64,000 bases of DNA from the human T2T-CHM13v2.0 reference genome, Homo sapiens, in assembly GCF_009914755.1 (NCBI RefSeq), contig NC_060929.1, one strand, 5' to 3'. Shown in pieces: positions 1-13,355 of the stretch. The notes under the pieces were generated by a model. The model did no database searches and was not told the origin of the DNA. It worked only from the letters and a program-made list of their open reading frames with translations. Positions within the stretch are counted from its first letter, which is position 1. The number at the start of each line of letters is the position of its first letter. The translations under genes were made by a program, and so were the position numbers.

Positions 1-1846
1 ACTGTGGTGAAATATATACTGGAATGCCAAATAATTATTTATAATAGATCTTTTAGAAGTAGGAATTATTTGTATTGAAAAGATGCCTTTCCCTCTATTT
101 GTTTTGAAAAGACTCCTGTTCTTCATCTGTTCTCCCGAATCTGTTTAGTAATGCTGTTAACTTTCTGGATCACTTACTATGTGCCAGGTGGTATGTCAAA
201 TGATATATGTGCATTATTTTATTTTATTCTCATCACCACTTAGAGGTGGGCTACTTTCCTCACTCTTCCATTTTTTCAAATCAGCAACTCTCAGATGGCT
301 TTGCCTGGTTTAAAATTTACCCACAATTTTAAAGACATTTTACCTGAACTCACAAAGCACTGTGCAGTATACTCTTATAGTTCTATTCCCTCCATCCCTT
401 TCAGTGTTCAACCCACTAAATTTATTTTATAATCTACTAATCAGTCACCAATCACAGATTGTAAAGCACTACCTTAAGTGACAGTTTTAAAGCCCTCATT
501 AAAATCTTCTTTACAGTTTGGTTGCAGTTTCATTCTAGACACATGTCAGCTTCAGTTTTACGAAAAACAATATACTTTCACAGAGCCAAGCAGTCCAAAA
601 CATTATTCAATCCAGAGCCAAAAATGTCATAGCTAGTTAGTTAGGGTTGTGTTTGTTCATGTTTAGAATCCTAGGAACGCTATTTCTTGATGGACCCTGG
701 TCACCTTCCAACATAAAGTAGCAACATTTCCACAGATTACTTACATTTATTAAAAGCTGTGACTTTAGCTAAAATTGTAACCTCATTTCTACCAAATTCC
801 TCTGCTGTTCTTCAAAATCTTGGATTCCAGTGGAATTAGCCATAGTTCAGCAGTGAAGATCAAATATTTTTGTCAGTAATCATCAACGTGTAATTAAAGC
901 ACTTTAAACCAAGTAAGTATTGTTGCTCTCCCGCCCTTTCCCCTTTACTCCCAGTGTTTACTTGACATCATTTCAGTGCATTTTTATGTCACTGTGAAAA
1001 GCACAATCTTGTGGTTAGGTTTATTAATCTTCTAGTTCATACATGGGTAACTAAATACATAGTCATTTTTAGGCTAAAAATCCTAGCCTGGGGTTGGATC
1101 TGCTCTATTTGTTACTCACCTGGGACTTAAGAAAACAGTCAGGTAGCCCACAGTAGAATCCTCTAGCATATTACTCTCTTTAGGTTCCTATTCTCTGAGT
1201 TAAATAATTAAATACAGTCATTTGTTACTTAATCTGCTTGAATATGGCAGTGTACGTGTACAACAGTGAGTTGTATATGAATAACAAGATATTTTTGTGA
1301 TCTGTAATTTTCATTCAATGGTTTCTTTCCATTAATTACTGAGCATAAGTTGGAACTTTCTTATTAGCATAAATTTAGGAAAAATTCATTGTGTTTTGGT
1401 GACCTTTATCAGATTTTAAATTCCAACCAACTTTTTAAAGTGCTTGATGTGACTACTAACTATGCAGTGTTGCATTAAATTTCTTTAGTAATTGTTAAAT
1501 AATCAAATTAATAATTTCAAAGAGTAGAAATTAGTAATTTCACAGTGTAGCAAATGGACAAATATAGAATAGCTAGTAGTGATTATAGCTTTCCTATATT
1601 ATTTCCTGTGCCTTTTCCTTTCAGTGGGCTTCTGCTAGAAATTTTGTCAGTCATTCACCAAAGGAAAGTAATGTTTTTTCCCTTAGCTGGCAATTAGTAA
1701 AGAATGTACATATAAAGGTCTTTAAACTGTAAAGAAAAAAGAGGAAATGATTACCACAAAGACAAGATAGTTAATACCCCTAGAAGGAACCAGAATGCTA
1801 GCCTTTTGGATGATGATTCTATGGATGCTTACTTTATAACTCTGTT

Positions 1847-1850
<4 letters not shown>

Positions 1851-1896
<46 letters not shown>

Positions 1897-1922
1897 CGCG
1901 CGCGCGCGCATGTGTGTGTGTA
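1851..1922. repeat. Compound microsatellite (TG)19(CG)10CA(TG)5TA
   Basis: Read directly; 72 bp of unbroken pyrimidine-purine alternation. Confidence 0.97.
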
Positions 1923-3119
1923 GCAGTTTAATGTACCTTTGTGCAATAGGTCTTATATTTATAATAATAATGTTTGGGGTGAAGGAAATTCTTAGTTTTA
2001 ACTACCCGTATAATTATACGTTAAATAATTCTATTTGCAATGTTGCATTCAGACATAATGAGTAAGGGAAATTATCAGTATTATGTCATTTGAATGTTTG
2101 ACGTTTACAACTCAAAAACTTAAGAGGTTCTCTTAAAAGTGACTGACTAGCAAATACAACCTTAAAAAGATAAATATTTAAGTTTTTTAAACTGGAAATT
2201 ACAATTCCGTTTTTAATCTTAGCTCTATGGTTTAGTTGATGTAGACTTCCATTTGCTGATTAATTTATAAAGTAAAAGTCACTTAATGAGAGCATATCTT
2301 TGATTAATGCGTACATTGTTAAAATATTATCTACTTACAAAAAAGGACTTACCAAGTACTGTTAAAGGAAAGATAAATGTTTTACAAGCCATATGTTGAA
2401 AATAAGAGAAAAATTTGGGGGCTTGGAACAGAATAACAAAGTGTTCAGTTTTACAGAATGTCTTCATATATTTTTCTGTGTGTGAAGAGAGAGAGAATTC
2501 CATCATGATAAATACTGAACATTAAAGTCAATTAAGTCATTTGTATGGGGAACATTAAAAATGTTAACACGTCTTTGTCCTTTATGTGGTTGCATATTGA
2601 TTATGTGACTTGTAAGAAACATGTAGTGATAGTTGGAAAGACAAGCTAAGTACATGAACATTAAGTAATCGTGCAAGATTGAAACAAGACAAGTTTCAAA
2701 AGATGTCACAAAGGAATATATAATTATTTACCAAAATAATATTGGGCAATAAATGTCATAAGTTCAGAGTAGATTAAGATACTCATTTGGATGAATTTGA
2801 GGTTTCATGAAATCGTGGGAACGTGCTTTGGATCTTGAAGAATTATAGGATTTGTTTGGACCAAAGTAGGAATGGGCTTCCTAGGTAGGAAGAATGTCTT
2901 AAGGAAATGTATAAAGATGGGAATACACAAGGGAGATTTGGGAGAATCTGATTAGATCAGGTTGGTTGGAGAGGGTGGTTTATATAGGATAATGATAAAA
3001 GACACAGCTAGAAAGGCAAGTTGAAGCTAGATTATGAGGTTAAATGTTTAACGTGCTTATAATGTGGAAATGAATTGCAGTGCTTGTCGAGGTTGATCAA
3101 GTATTCCTTTCTAGCAATC

Positions 3120-3340
3120 CAGCCTAGCAGTTAAGAAACAAACTCTGGAACCAGATTGCTTTGGTTCTAATTCTTGCTCCACTAGTTACTTTAAACTCAC
3201 TGTAAATTAATTTCCTCTTAGTAAAATGCAAAAAACAATAGTAGCTACTGTACTGGGTTGTTGTGAGAACTGAATTAATGTGTGCAAAGCACTTTGCAAT
3301 TGCTTAACATGTAATAAGTGGTATGTGAAAATGATTATTA
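3120..3340 (+). mobile_element. MIR SINE remnant
   Basis: ctctggaaccagattgc...tttcctcttagtaaaatg...gggttgttgtgagaactgaatt...aaagcactt resembles the MIR core. Confidence 0.65.
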
Positions 3341-3453
3341 TATAGGTTGAACAAACCAAAGCAGTAACTTTTTTTTATAGTGATTAAGCATTTTCCTGAT
3401 AGTAATATATCTGACATATCTCTACAAATAATTGTCTGTTTTGTGTGTTGCAG

Positions 3454-3532
3454 TGTTTGGGAAATGGGAAGTAATGACAGCTGGCACCTGAACTAAGTAC
3501 TTTTATAGGCAACACCATTCCAGAAATTCAGG
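3454..3532 (+). other. NIPBL: 5'UTR part of exon 2 (79 nt)
   Basis: Acceptor ttttgtgtgttgcag ends at 3453; ATG at 3533. Confidence 0.9.
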
Positions 3533-3596
3533 ATGAATGGGGATATGCCCCATGTCCCCATTACTACTCTTGCGGGGATTGCTAGTCTCACAGACC
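3533..3596 (+). CDS. NIPBL: NIPBL exon 2 coding part (start codon)
   Basis: MNGDMPHVPITTLAGIASLTD; donor ACC|gtaagt. Confidence 0.97.
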
Positions 3597-5307
3597 GTAA
3601 GTTTGGTTAATTTATCTAATTTAAGTTCTACTGTGTGTTAACAATAATTTTTACAGTGACTGTTCTAAAAATTATTATAGGTTCTTTAAAACACATTTAC
3701 AGAAATAGCAACTGAAACTGCCCTTTAAAGAAAAAAAAAATTGATAGCCTAATTTATCTAACTTCTTAGTGATGTTTATTTTGGTTGTCATGTTCAGTAA
3801 TCTGTTGGAGCTTGTTGGAGGTATCAGCAGCCTATTTTACTCTAAGGACTTAAGAATTTTAAAGAACATTGCCAGTCTTTTGAGATTTATTTAATGTAAC
3901 TCAATTTTTCAGAGATTTATTCTTTTGTTAGGCATTTGTAACTATAATTCTTAGTCCTTGAATAATGATACAAAAAGCTACCTACAATTTTAGTTACTGT
4001 GTCATCCTACCTGAATAAATAAAAGGAAAAAGATATGAGAGGGAAGGGTAGAAAGTGAGAGGATGGCATACTTTTCTTTGGATAGCATTATGCAAGATTT
4101 GGGACTTCATAATAAGGGAGCTAGGAGAAAGTATCTTCAAGAAATGTTTTTGTCCATGTTCAGTATCCTCCAAATACAACTTTTCTGGCTTTTGTTTTGT
4201 TTTGTGAATTTCCAGTTGGTTTTAGTGGGGTAAAATAGATAACAGCCTGTTAGCTTTGAGCTTAGGAAATAAGCGTAACTAGTTTATGAGGTCTAAATTA
4301 ACAGGAGAGTGCTGTAGGTGATTGGGTCAGCATTACTCAGGTAAGAAAACTTTTTGAAACTGGCATTAGTTTTTATTATCACTTTGTTGTAGGTAAGGCA
4401 TAAATAGGAGTTCAAAATCAGATATACTGTCAGGAATTTCTTTTTGGTTTTTCTCCCCATGATCTTTGCTATACCTAAATATTTTGTCTTTCCAGGAAGC
4501 CCTGTTCATTAAGTAATAATTTATTTTCTGTGTTTTTATTAATGAGAATCCTGTTGGTACCTATTGAGGCTGAGCACCATGATAATTATACTGTATAGGT
4601 GATTAGAAATTAAGCCAAAAACAAAGACACCTGATATTTTAGTGAGCTTTCTTAACCTTTAGACAAATGAACAAATTTGTTAGGTGAACAGAGATTAAAC
4701 GGCTGAATTTAAGCTACTATAAAACATTTATGTTCTTTTGTTTGCTATTAGAAGAGAATAAGTAGGAGACAACTAGGAATTTGGAATTTAGAAGAATATT
4801 TTAATATTCTTACAGAATTCTATGCTATGAATGCTTTCTTGCTAAAGTGAGGTATTTATTTGTATATTCTTAAGCTTTTAAAAAACGTTACTTGTCTACT
4901 TTATGAAGAGTCAGATATTGTTATTTGTTTGTATGAGCGTACTATTGATTCTGAAAAATCTTATAAACAAGAACAAATGAGATTAATGAATTGCTACATT
5001 GGAAGTTAGTTTGTAACCATGCCTTTTTCGCTAGTCATTTGTTAATAAAATTTAAGAAATGAAAAGCAAGGATGAATATAAGGGAGCTGAATTTTATTCC
5101 TAGAGACTAGTATAATCTATTATGGTCCAAGTGATGTTTTGGAAGTTTTGTAGGGTTGATTGAGGTTTGTTAGGAAGAGGAGGAATGCCTTTTAATAATT
5201 TGTCACATTGATATTTATAACTTACTTTTAATCCCAAAATACAGATAAGCACTAAAGAGACTTCTATAGTCACTCAATTTCTAATAATCTGATTTTATTC
5301 CAAATAG

Positions 5308-5473
5308 TCCTGAACCAGCTGCCTCTTCCATCTCCTTTACCTGCTACAACTACAAAGAGCCTTCTCTTTAATGCACGAATAGCAGAAGAGGTGAACTGCC
5401 TTTTGGCTTGTAGGGATGACAATTTGGTTTCACAGCTTGTCCATAGCCTCAACCAGGTATCAACAGATCACAT
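5308..5473 (+). CDS. NIPBL: NIPBL exon 3 (166 nt)
   Basis: aaatag|TCCTGAAC...CACAT|gtaagt; LNQLPLPSPLPATTTKSLLFNARIAEEVNCLLACRDDNLVSQLVHSLNQVSTDH. Confidence 0.97.
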
Positions 5474-5775
5474 GTAAGTATGATCAATTTTATATCTACT
5501 ATAAGTGAAAAGTTTTGGCCTTACTAAGAGAATCCGTATTCCTGGTTTTATTTCAGAAATTTTTAGATACATAGTTTATTTTTTAAAAATATCCATATCC
5601 GAGGGAGAATATAGTCTTATTGCAATAATAGATTAATGAGATTTAAGTAGGCAATATTTATTTTTAGATAATAATTCTGACCCATGTAGCTCTATGGATA
5701 TTTTTTCAGCTCTTTTGAACTTATCTTGGGGGATCCATCATTTGTGCAGAGATCTGGTCATGAAACTATATCCCT

Positions 5776-6107
<332 letters not shown>

Positions 6108-6452
6108 TTATACAAACAACACAAAAATGTGTAAAAAGTAAAATCTCTCATTCTTATCCCTTCATATTCCACCACACAATGTTACTCATGTAACCTCGCA
6201 TTCTTTATTTTTTTAATTTAAAAATTCATCATGTAGGGGAATGAGGATAAACACATTATAATGGAGAGATATCTACATTAGATGCGGTACATATTTTTGG
6301 GGCATTTTTAAAGCTGATGACTCTAAGGTGAGATACTTACTAAATGGATTTTCTAATGGAGAAGCTAAGAAATGATTGGTTAAAATCAGAAAGAAGTATA
6401 ATACTACTAATATTTTGTCACTCCAAAAATTCAGCAATATCTAAATCACTTC

Positions 6453-6760
6453 TTTTTTTTTTTTTTTTTTTTTTTTTTGAGATGGAGTCTTGCTCTGTTG
6501 CCCAGGCTGGAGTGCAGTGGTGCGATCTCGGCTCACTGCAACCTCCACCTCCTGGGTTCAAGTGATTGTTCTGTCTCAACCTCCTGAGTAGCTGGGATTA
6601 CAGGCCCCCACCACCATGCCTGGCTAATTTTTGTATTTTTAGTAGAGACAGGTTTTCACCATATTGGCCAGGCTGGTCTCAAATTCCCGACTTCAGGTGA
6701 TCCACCCACCTCGGCCTCCCAAAGTGCTAGGATTATAGGTGTGAGCCACTGTGCCCAGCC
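6453..6760 (-). mobile_element. Alu, AluS-type, with 15-bp TSD
   Basis: Poly-T then antisense Alu; TCTAAATCACTTCTT at 6440-6454 and 6761-6775. Confidence 0.95.
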
Positions 6761-7536
6761 TCTAAATCACTTCTTATGCTTGTACATACTTATTCAGTAG
6801 TTTTCACCAAATATTTAAAGATGTAAAGGAAATAGCACACGTAAAATAAGGACTTATTTTATGGAGAGCTCCTGTAAGATTGCCCTGGAAATGTAGTGAG
6901 TCTTATCATTGGACACCATCTTTATAGGTCTTCATGGTTAGATCCAATGAGTAGAACATTGACATGTATAATATAAAGTTAAAACACTGCCTATACTTAA
7001 TTTTATCATCATCTCCCATGGTTATGAATTTAATTTGCTACTTATATTGAAGTTTATTGAAAATTGCTGCTGTGAAGTGTATTGAAATTTGCTGTTTGGT
7101 TTCCGCTTTTCCCGCACCATGACATTATTTGAGAAAGCAATGTAAGATGGAAAAATTACATAACCTCTGGGTCTTGTCTTAATCAGTGTGGCAACAGTAT
7201 CTTATTTGTAAGACATTCCCAGAAAGTCAGACTCACTCATATTCAGGTGTAAGAAAATATATTCCAATACCAAATATCAACTTTTTGTGTAACTTTCACT
7301 TGTCTACCCTTCCATTATTTTGAATAGTTTAGAATAGAATGTATTTCTTTTCTATTTTAGAACTACTTGGAAATTATTAAACTCATAGTTCAATAAAATA
7401 GTGTTTTGGGCTTTTTTTCTCTTGACTGTGTAAAGTAAAATGAAGAAAAAGATTGTCCTTAGAAGAATCCCTCTCTGTTATTTTTGATAATTATATTTCT
7501 CCCAGGGATAGCATATTTGAAAATTCATAACTGTTG

Positions 7537-7888
<352 letters not shown>

Positions 7889-7939
7889 TTAAGAATCAGT
7901 CACCATTTTAATTTTTGATACTTATTTTCTCAATGCCAG

Positions 7940-8067
7940 AGAGTTGAAAGATAACCTTGGCAGTGATGACCCAGAAGGTGACATACCAGTCTTGTTGCAG
8001 GCCGTCCTGGCAAGGAGTCCTAATGTTTTCAGGGAGAAAAGCATGCAGAACAGATATGTACAAAGTG
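7940..8067 (+). CDS. NIPBL: NIPBL exon 4 (128 nt)
   Basis: gccag|AGAGTTG...AGTG|gtgagt; ELKDNLGSDDPEGDIPVLLQAVLARSPNVFREKSMQNRYVQS. Confidence 0.97.
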
Positions 8068-8760
8068 GTGAGTTTCTTAATAACTGAATTCCCATATCAA
8101 ACTTGTTTTATACATATTTAAATCCAGGTGTCTTCTTTAACAAGCTGGCCTATCAGGAATGCGATGTTTATGCCTTCAGTCAAGCCAAGAACAAGAAGGA
8201 AACTAAACTGATAAGATTCTTGTAGTTTAATATGTAACTAAATTCCTTGAGAATTAGACAAAGCTTTAAGTGTATTTTGTTAAATATGTTGGAATATATC
8301 AGTTTACTCAGCTTAAAAATTTTTTTGTTTTAGAAAATCAGAATTAATTTGAAATAAGTCTTTCATTAATTAAATAAATATTTGCAAAGCTTTTGAACAT
8401 GTACATTGTAGCAGGTATATAGAGTTTTAATACTGATTGTGATTATATTCATGGTTTTCTAGTAATTGATTTAATACTCCTGTTGCCTTAGCAACAGAAA
8501 AATTGGTTAAGTATTATTATTAAAGAAAAATTGATTCATGGTATTATAAAATAATAAAAATATTACATCCAACACAGATATAATTTTTATGTAGTCATGG
8601 AGTACCTTTGGGTTAAGAGCATTGTTCTGTTCAAGCTTACTGAATTTGACAAGCCCAAGTGCCTGTTTGGCTCTCAAGATTAAAATAGGGCAGGAATAGC
8701 TTGGACAACTTCAGAAAGTTCAACTTTGTTAATTAAATAATTGTATTTAAGAATTTTATC

Positions 8761-9071
8761 AGCCGGGCATGGTGACTCACGCCTGTAATCCCAGCACTTT
8801 TGGAAGCTGAGGCAGGTGGATTGCCTCAGGCCAGGAGTTAAGACCAGCCTGGGCAACATGGTGAAAACCTGTCTCTACAAAAAAATACAACAACTAGCCA
8901 GGCATTATGGTGTGCGCCTGTAGTCCCAGCTACTTGGGAGGTTGAAGTGGGAAGATCGCTTGAGCTCAGGAGGTCAAGGCTGCAGTGAGCTGAGATTGCA
9001 CCACTGCCTTCCAGCCTGGGCGACAGAGCGAGACCCTGTCTCCAAACAAAAAGAAAAAATAAATAAAATAA
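8761..9071 (+). mobile_element. Alu, AluJ-like
   Basis: Dimer with gatcgcttgagctcaggaggtcaaggctgcagtgagc (J-type right arm). Confidence 0.9.
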
Positions 9072-9786
9072 TTTTGCCAAATTCATTTTGGTTTTGGTTT
9101 ACTTTGTTGGCAGCACTTCCATGATGCTTCCCATTCTGTTTCCTTTAAATAATATTGCTTTGCTGATTCTGTGTACTTGTGTTGTTTGAATGGTATTTTG
9201 AAAGCAATTGCATAGTTACTATTGATTCCTCAAAATGCATAATGGGGATGCTTCTGACCGACTTGCCTTTTAGCAAGTTGAAGGTAGGTATGCACGACAG
9301 GGCTCTGACTTCACCAGAACTAATAAGTTAGATTGCAATAGTAGGAGACAGATATAAATAATGAAGGAAGCTAGAGTTATGACGGCTTTCTGGAAAAATG
9401 TTGGAATTGAAAGAAAATGTGGAAAGAGAGTTGAGTGGAAGAAAGACTAATAGAGTAGGAGTATTAGTTTTATGAGAATGTGAGTAAATCTAATATTGGA
9501 TAAATGAATCTAAGGCTACTAATACTACATTTTTGCAACTTACATTTTTGAGTATTTGGGTAGTAAATCACTCTGATAAAAACTTTTAGAGTGTTCACCT
9601 CTCAGTCACATATTTTGTGTTTTATACTACATATACTTGTTTTTTAGTCCAAAATATTGTTTGATTTCTGTATACCCTACTTTGTAAAAGCATAAACTAG
9701 CATTTAAAATTAATCAATTAATTGCATGTTATTTTTTTTTTTAAAGCATTTTCCTGGTGATATATGGCTTTGAAATTTTAAAAGTT

Positions 9787-9930
9787 GGCTGGGCGTGGTG
9801 GCTCACGCCTGTAATCCTGGCACTTGGGAGGCCAAGGTAGGAGGATTGCTTGAGCCCAGGAGTTCAAGACCAGCCTGGGCAATGCAGAGAGACCCTGTCT
9901 CATTGAAAAATAAAAAATAAAAATAAAATA
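9787..9930 (+). mobile_element. Alu monomer (FLAM-like)
   Basis: Single left arm plus A-rich tail; TSD-like gaaattt(t/a)aaaagtt on both sides. Confidence 0.85.
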
Positions 9931-11319
9931 GAAATTTAAAAAGTTGATTTTGGGGTTGGTAAGTTTAAATATGAGTCATGCATGTGGAGAAAATTGTAAT
10001 AAAATGCAAATCACTTTAATCATAGTTCTTTGGAACTTAGAATTAATTGAAAAGGACTGTTAGAATTTCATTTACCCGTTTTATTTAGAAAGCCATTGCT
10101 TTCAAACTAGTAATTCCAGTTTGTCCCAGTGATGGCTGTTAATTCAGGGGGGAAAAGCTTTTTAACTCCTGTCTCATTGAGTGTTCATCTCCCTCCAAAA
10201 GAAAAAGAAAAAAAAAAAAACCTCCAGCAACAATAATTATAGTAATTAAGCTATTAAAGCTATGGAGCAAAACAATTCTGTGCTGAGTTTGAGTTGGAAA
10301 AGAAAAGTCAGAAGTTGAAATTTAGACTACATACTTAAGAAAACACCCTTCAATGGTAGACTTAGAGGCGATTTTGAAACCTAATTTCATTCAGCTACAA
10401 TCTCTTTTGTAGTACTCTTAGCAAATCAACTTCTGTTTGAATATTTCTAGTGAAAGCCACTTTTTATAACAACAGCAGGAAATGAAATTTGGAAATACAA
10501 TTTGATGCTTGCAGCTGCCAAAAAAGAGATTGGCTATAGAAATCATAAGAAAATTCAGGGTGTTATTTGTAGATTTTTATCTGATTTTGAAATGTCTAAA
10601 TAAGTGAATTTTTCTGTGTCTCCCATATAATGAAATGTCATGTGAATAATTGAGAAATAATGTCTAGCTTGGAAATAAATGTAAGAACCAGAATGCTCTT
10701 CACAGGTTTTTATTTTTTAATAAAATATTCCGTTAATCCCTACTATGTGACAAAGAGTTATTGTGAAAGAAGGAATAGGTACATTCTGTTTTGCTTCAGA
10801 AGACATTCAGGTGGAAATTGCAGGAATTCAAACTTTCGGCCCATAAATAAAGTACTTTTCAAAACCTGTGTCTGAACCATGATAATACAAATAGCTTTGT
10901 GAAATTAAGTTCCCAAGCATGAGAGATGTATATGATAAAATATTCATGTAATAAAAACTACCCTGAGTCCCGTTGTAGAAGGAAGTGTATTGTGTTAGGT
11001 GCGAGGTTAGATAAGACAACTTTTAAAAAAATCTTTTCAATTCTAAGGCTAAATAATAGAATATTGAGTAAGCAAGTAAATTTTTTTAAAATATTATAAT
11101 CTCTGTTTCTAGTCCTGGATTAGTTTTATGGAAAATGGTGTTGTAATAAAATTGTTCTTGAAATTTACAGTTTTACAGCGTCTATATTTTGCTCTTTGAA
11201 ATGAAAACATTGATCAAAAAAATCTCTGGAATGTTTGAAAGAATAACTGATTTCAGTTATTTAAAGGACACTTTACTGTTAGAAGAAAATAACGTTCTGT
11301 ATTTTTGTGTTTTGCATAG

Positions 11320-11419
11320 GAATGATGATGTCTCAGTATAAACTTTCTCAGAATTCCATGCACAGTAGTCCTGCATCTTCCAATTATCAACAAACCACTA
11401 TCTCACATAGCCCCTCCAG
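11320..11419 (+). CDS. NIPBL: NIPBL exon 5 (100 nt)
   Basis: tttgcatag|GAATG...CCAG|gtaata; MMMSQYKLSQNSMHSSPASSNYQQTTISHSPS. Confidence 0.97.
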
Positions 11420-11958
11420 GTAATATATGTATATATCGTTTATTAAATATTGTCTTGTATGGTGAATATGCTGGTGAATATATGGTTCATACATTTAGGT
11501 AATGGTGGATTATTTAGAGTTTAAATAGTTGAAATACTTAAATAGTAATCCACTTTGCATTTGCCTTAAAATGTTGTATATGGAAATAGTCTGATATGCT
11601 AATTGAAGTAGCTACCATCTTAGTAATGTAATTTCATACAGACAAAAAATGTTAAAATAACTAATGTGTTTGAGATAAGAAGATTTACGGAGCATGGCTT
11701 TAAGTACCTTAAACAGATTGGTACTTTTATATAAGTAAACAAATTACCTGTTTTTAAAAACTTTTTTATTGTAACTCTTTGATTATGAATTGTGAACAAT
11801 TTTTGTATGTTATTTGACTATTTTGCAAGATTCTTCTGTTTGCATAGATTTTACATATATAAACTAAGAGATCAGAGGACTTTGTGACAGTCAGATTTCA
11901 AGGAATAGCGTGTTTATTTTATTTCCTTATATTTTTTTATTTGGGTTTTGGGTTTTAG

Positions 11959-12110
11959 CCGGTTTGTGCCACCACAGACAAGCTCTGGGAACAGATTTAT
12001 GCCACAGCAAAATAGCCCAGTGCCTAGTCCATACGCCCCACAAAGCCCTGCAGGATACATGCCATATTCCCATCCTTCAAGTTACACAACACATCCACAG
12101 ATGCAACAAG
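11959..12110 (+). CDS. NIPBL: NIPBL exon 6 (152 nt)
   Basis: ttttag|CCGG...CAAG|gtaaga; RFVPPQTSSGNRFMPQQNSPVPSPYAPQSPAGYMPYSHPSSYTTHPQMQQ (ORF 11948..12148). Confidence 0.97.
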
Positions 12111-12468
12111 GTAAGAAAGTTGTTTGTAACTTCACTGGGAATGTCTAAGTGCTTTAATTCCAAGCAAATTTGTTTTTTAAAATATAATTATTAAACACAA
12201 ACTAAAATACTATACTGTATACTTGTCAGTAAACCTTTTTAAAGATATGGCTTAAATCATTAAAACAATGTTACACTTACCATTTGAAAATTTGTCATTT
12301 TAGGAGGTGAAAGGAGCAGTGTCATTTTGGCTTTTTGGATTCAGTTATTATATAACTAAGTATATTTAGGTGTGAAATTAAGAAGAACTGCGTTTTTAAA
12401 AATTGCTCCTTCTTCTTACATTAGCACTAAGCCAAGGGACAATTACATTTTAATTGGTAAAGTAGATA

Positions 12469-12801
12469 CAGTCAGCCTTTCACATACATGGTTTCTGCAT
12501 CATGGATTCAACCAAACACGGAGTGAAAATATTTGGAAAAAAAATTGAGTCTGTAGTGAACACGTACAGACATGTTTTCTTGTCGTTATTACATAAACAA
12601 TATAGTATAGCAACTGTTTACATAGCACTTACATTGTATAGGCATTGTAAGTAATCTAGAGATGATTTAAAGTACTGTATAGTGCATAGGGCTATATGCA
12701 AGTACTATGCATTTTATATCAGGGACTTTTAAGCATTTGCAGATTTTGGTATCCACAGAAGGTATTGGAACCAATCCCTCATGGATACTGAGGGATGACT
12801 A
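12469..12801. mobile_element. MER2-like TcMar-Tigger fossil
   Basis: ta|cagtcagcc...ggattcaacc...aagtaatctagagatgatttaaagta...gaaccaatccctcatggatactgagggatgact; degenerate TIRs. Confidence 0.8.
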
Positions 12802-13355
12802 CTATGAAAAATTTACTATACTGTAATAATTTGTAGTAAAAATTTACTGTAGTACAGTAAAGGAAAATTAATCTTAGATGCAAAAATTTGAGATTAAATT
12901 ACCAGTTCTTACTTGATTACTAGTTCTTAATGTCATAATGTTGATATTATGATGTCTTTTTAAGGTTATATTGCCTGGAGATATATTTCATGGTTACTAA
13001 ATAATTGATTTATTATTAGTATAAATTGTATGTTTTAAAGAAATTTTTTAAAGCAGAAAAGTGCAAAGGATAATATAAAAAACATCTTTATTTTTGTCCT
13101 CCTTAATTAACAGCAAATTTTAAAAACTTGCTTTCAGTCACTAGTTTCTACATGTGTATTCTTGTTTATTATGCATGAAGTTGAAACTTTATTCATTAAT
13201 AAACTTATTAATGTATAAACTTTTAACTTTGTCATCCATCAAAACAGCTAACTCTGGTTTCCCAAAACCAGATTATGAAATATTAGGTTGAGCTTTTTTA
13301 CACACGAACTCAAGGAGAAACTGGGAAGCAAATTTGACACATTTGAAATAGACAC

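Noticed and set aside
1856-2065. 69-aa ORF MCVCVC...RARARA
   Set aside because: Translation of the TG/CG microsatellite
1-3453. Search for the NIPBL promoter, CpG island or first exon; search for tRNA/snRNA/snoRNA genes across the window
   Set aside because: CpG-poor intron 1 sequence, with the promoter upstream of the window; no RNA gene recognisable by eye, though an Infernal/Rfam scan is needed to exclude one
12843-12861. Short near-palindrome TTTACTGTA-G-TACAGTAAA (similar AT-rich hairpin at about 52613-52634)
   Set aside because: Short and AT-rich; expected by chance or local fold-back, with no functional context
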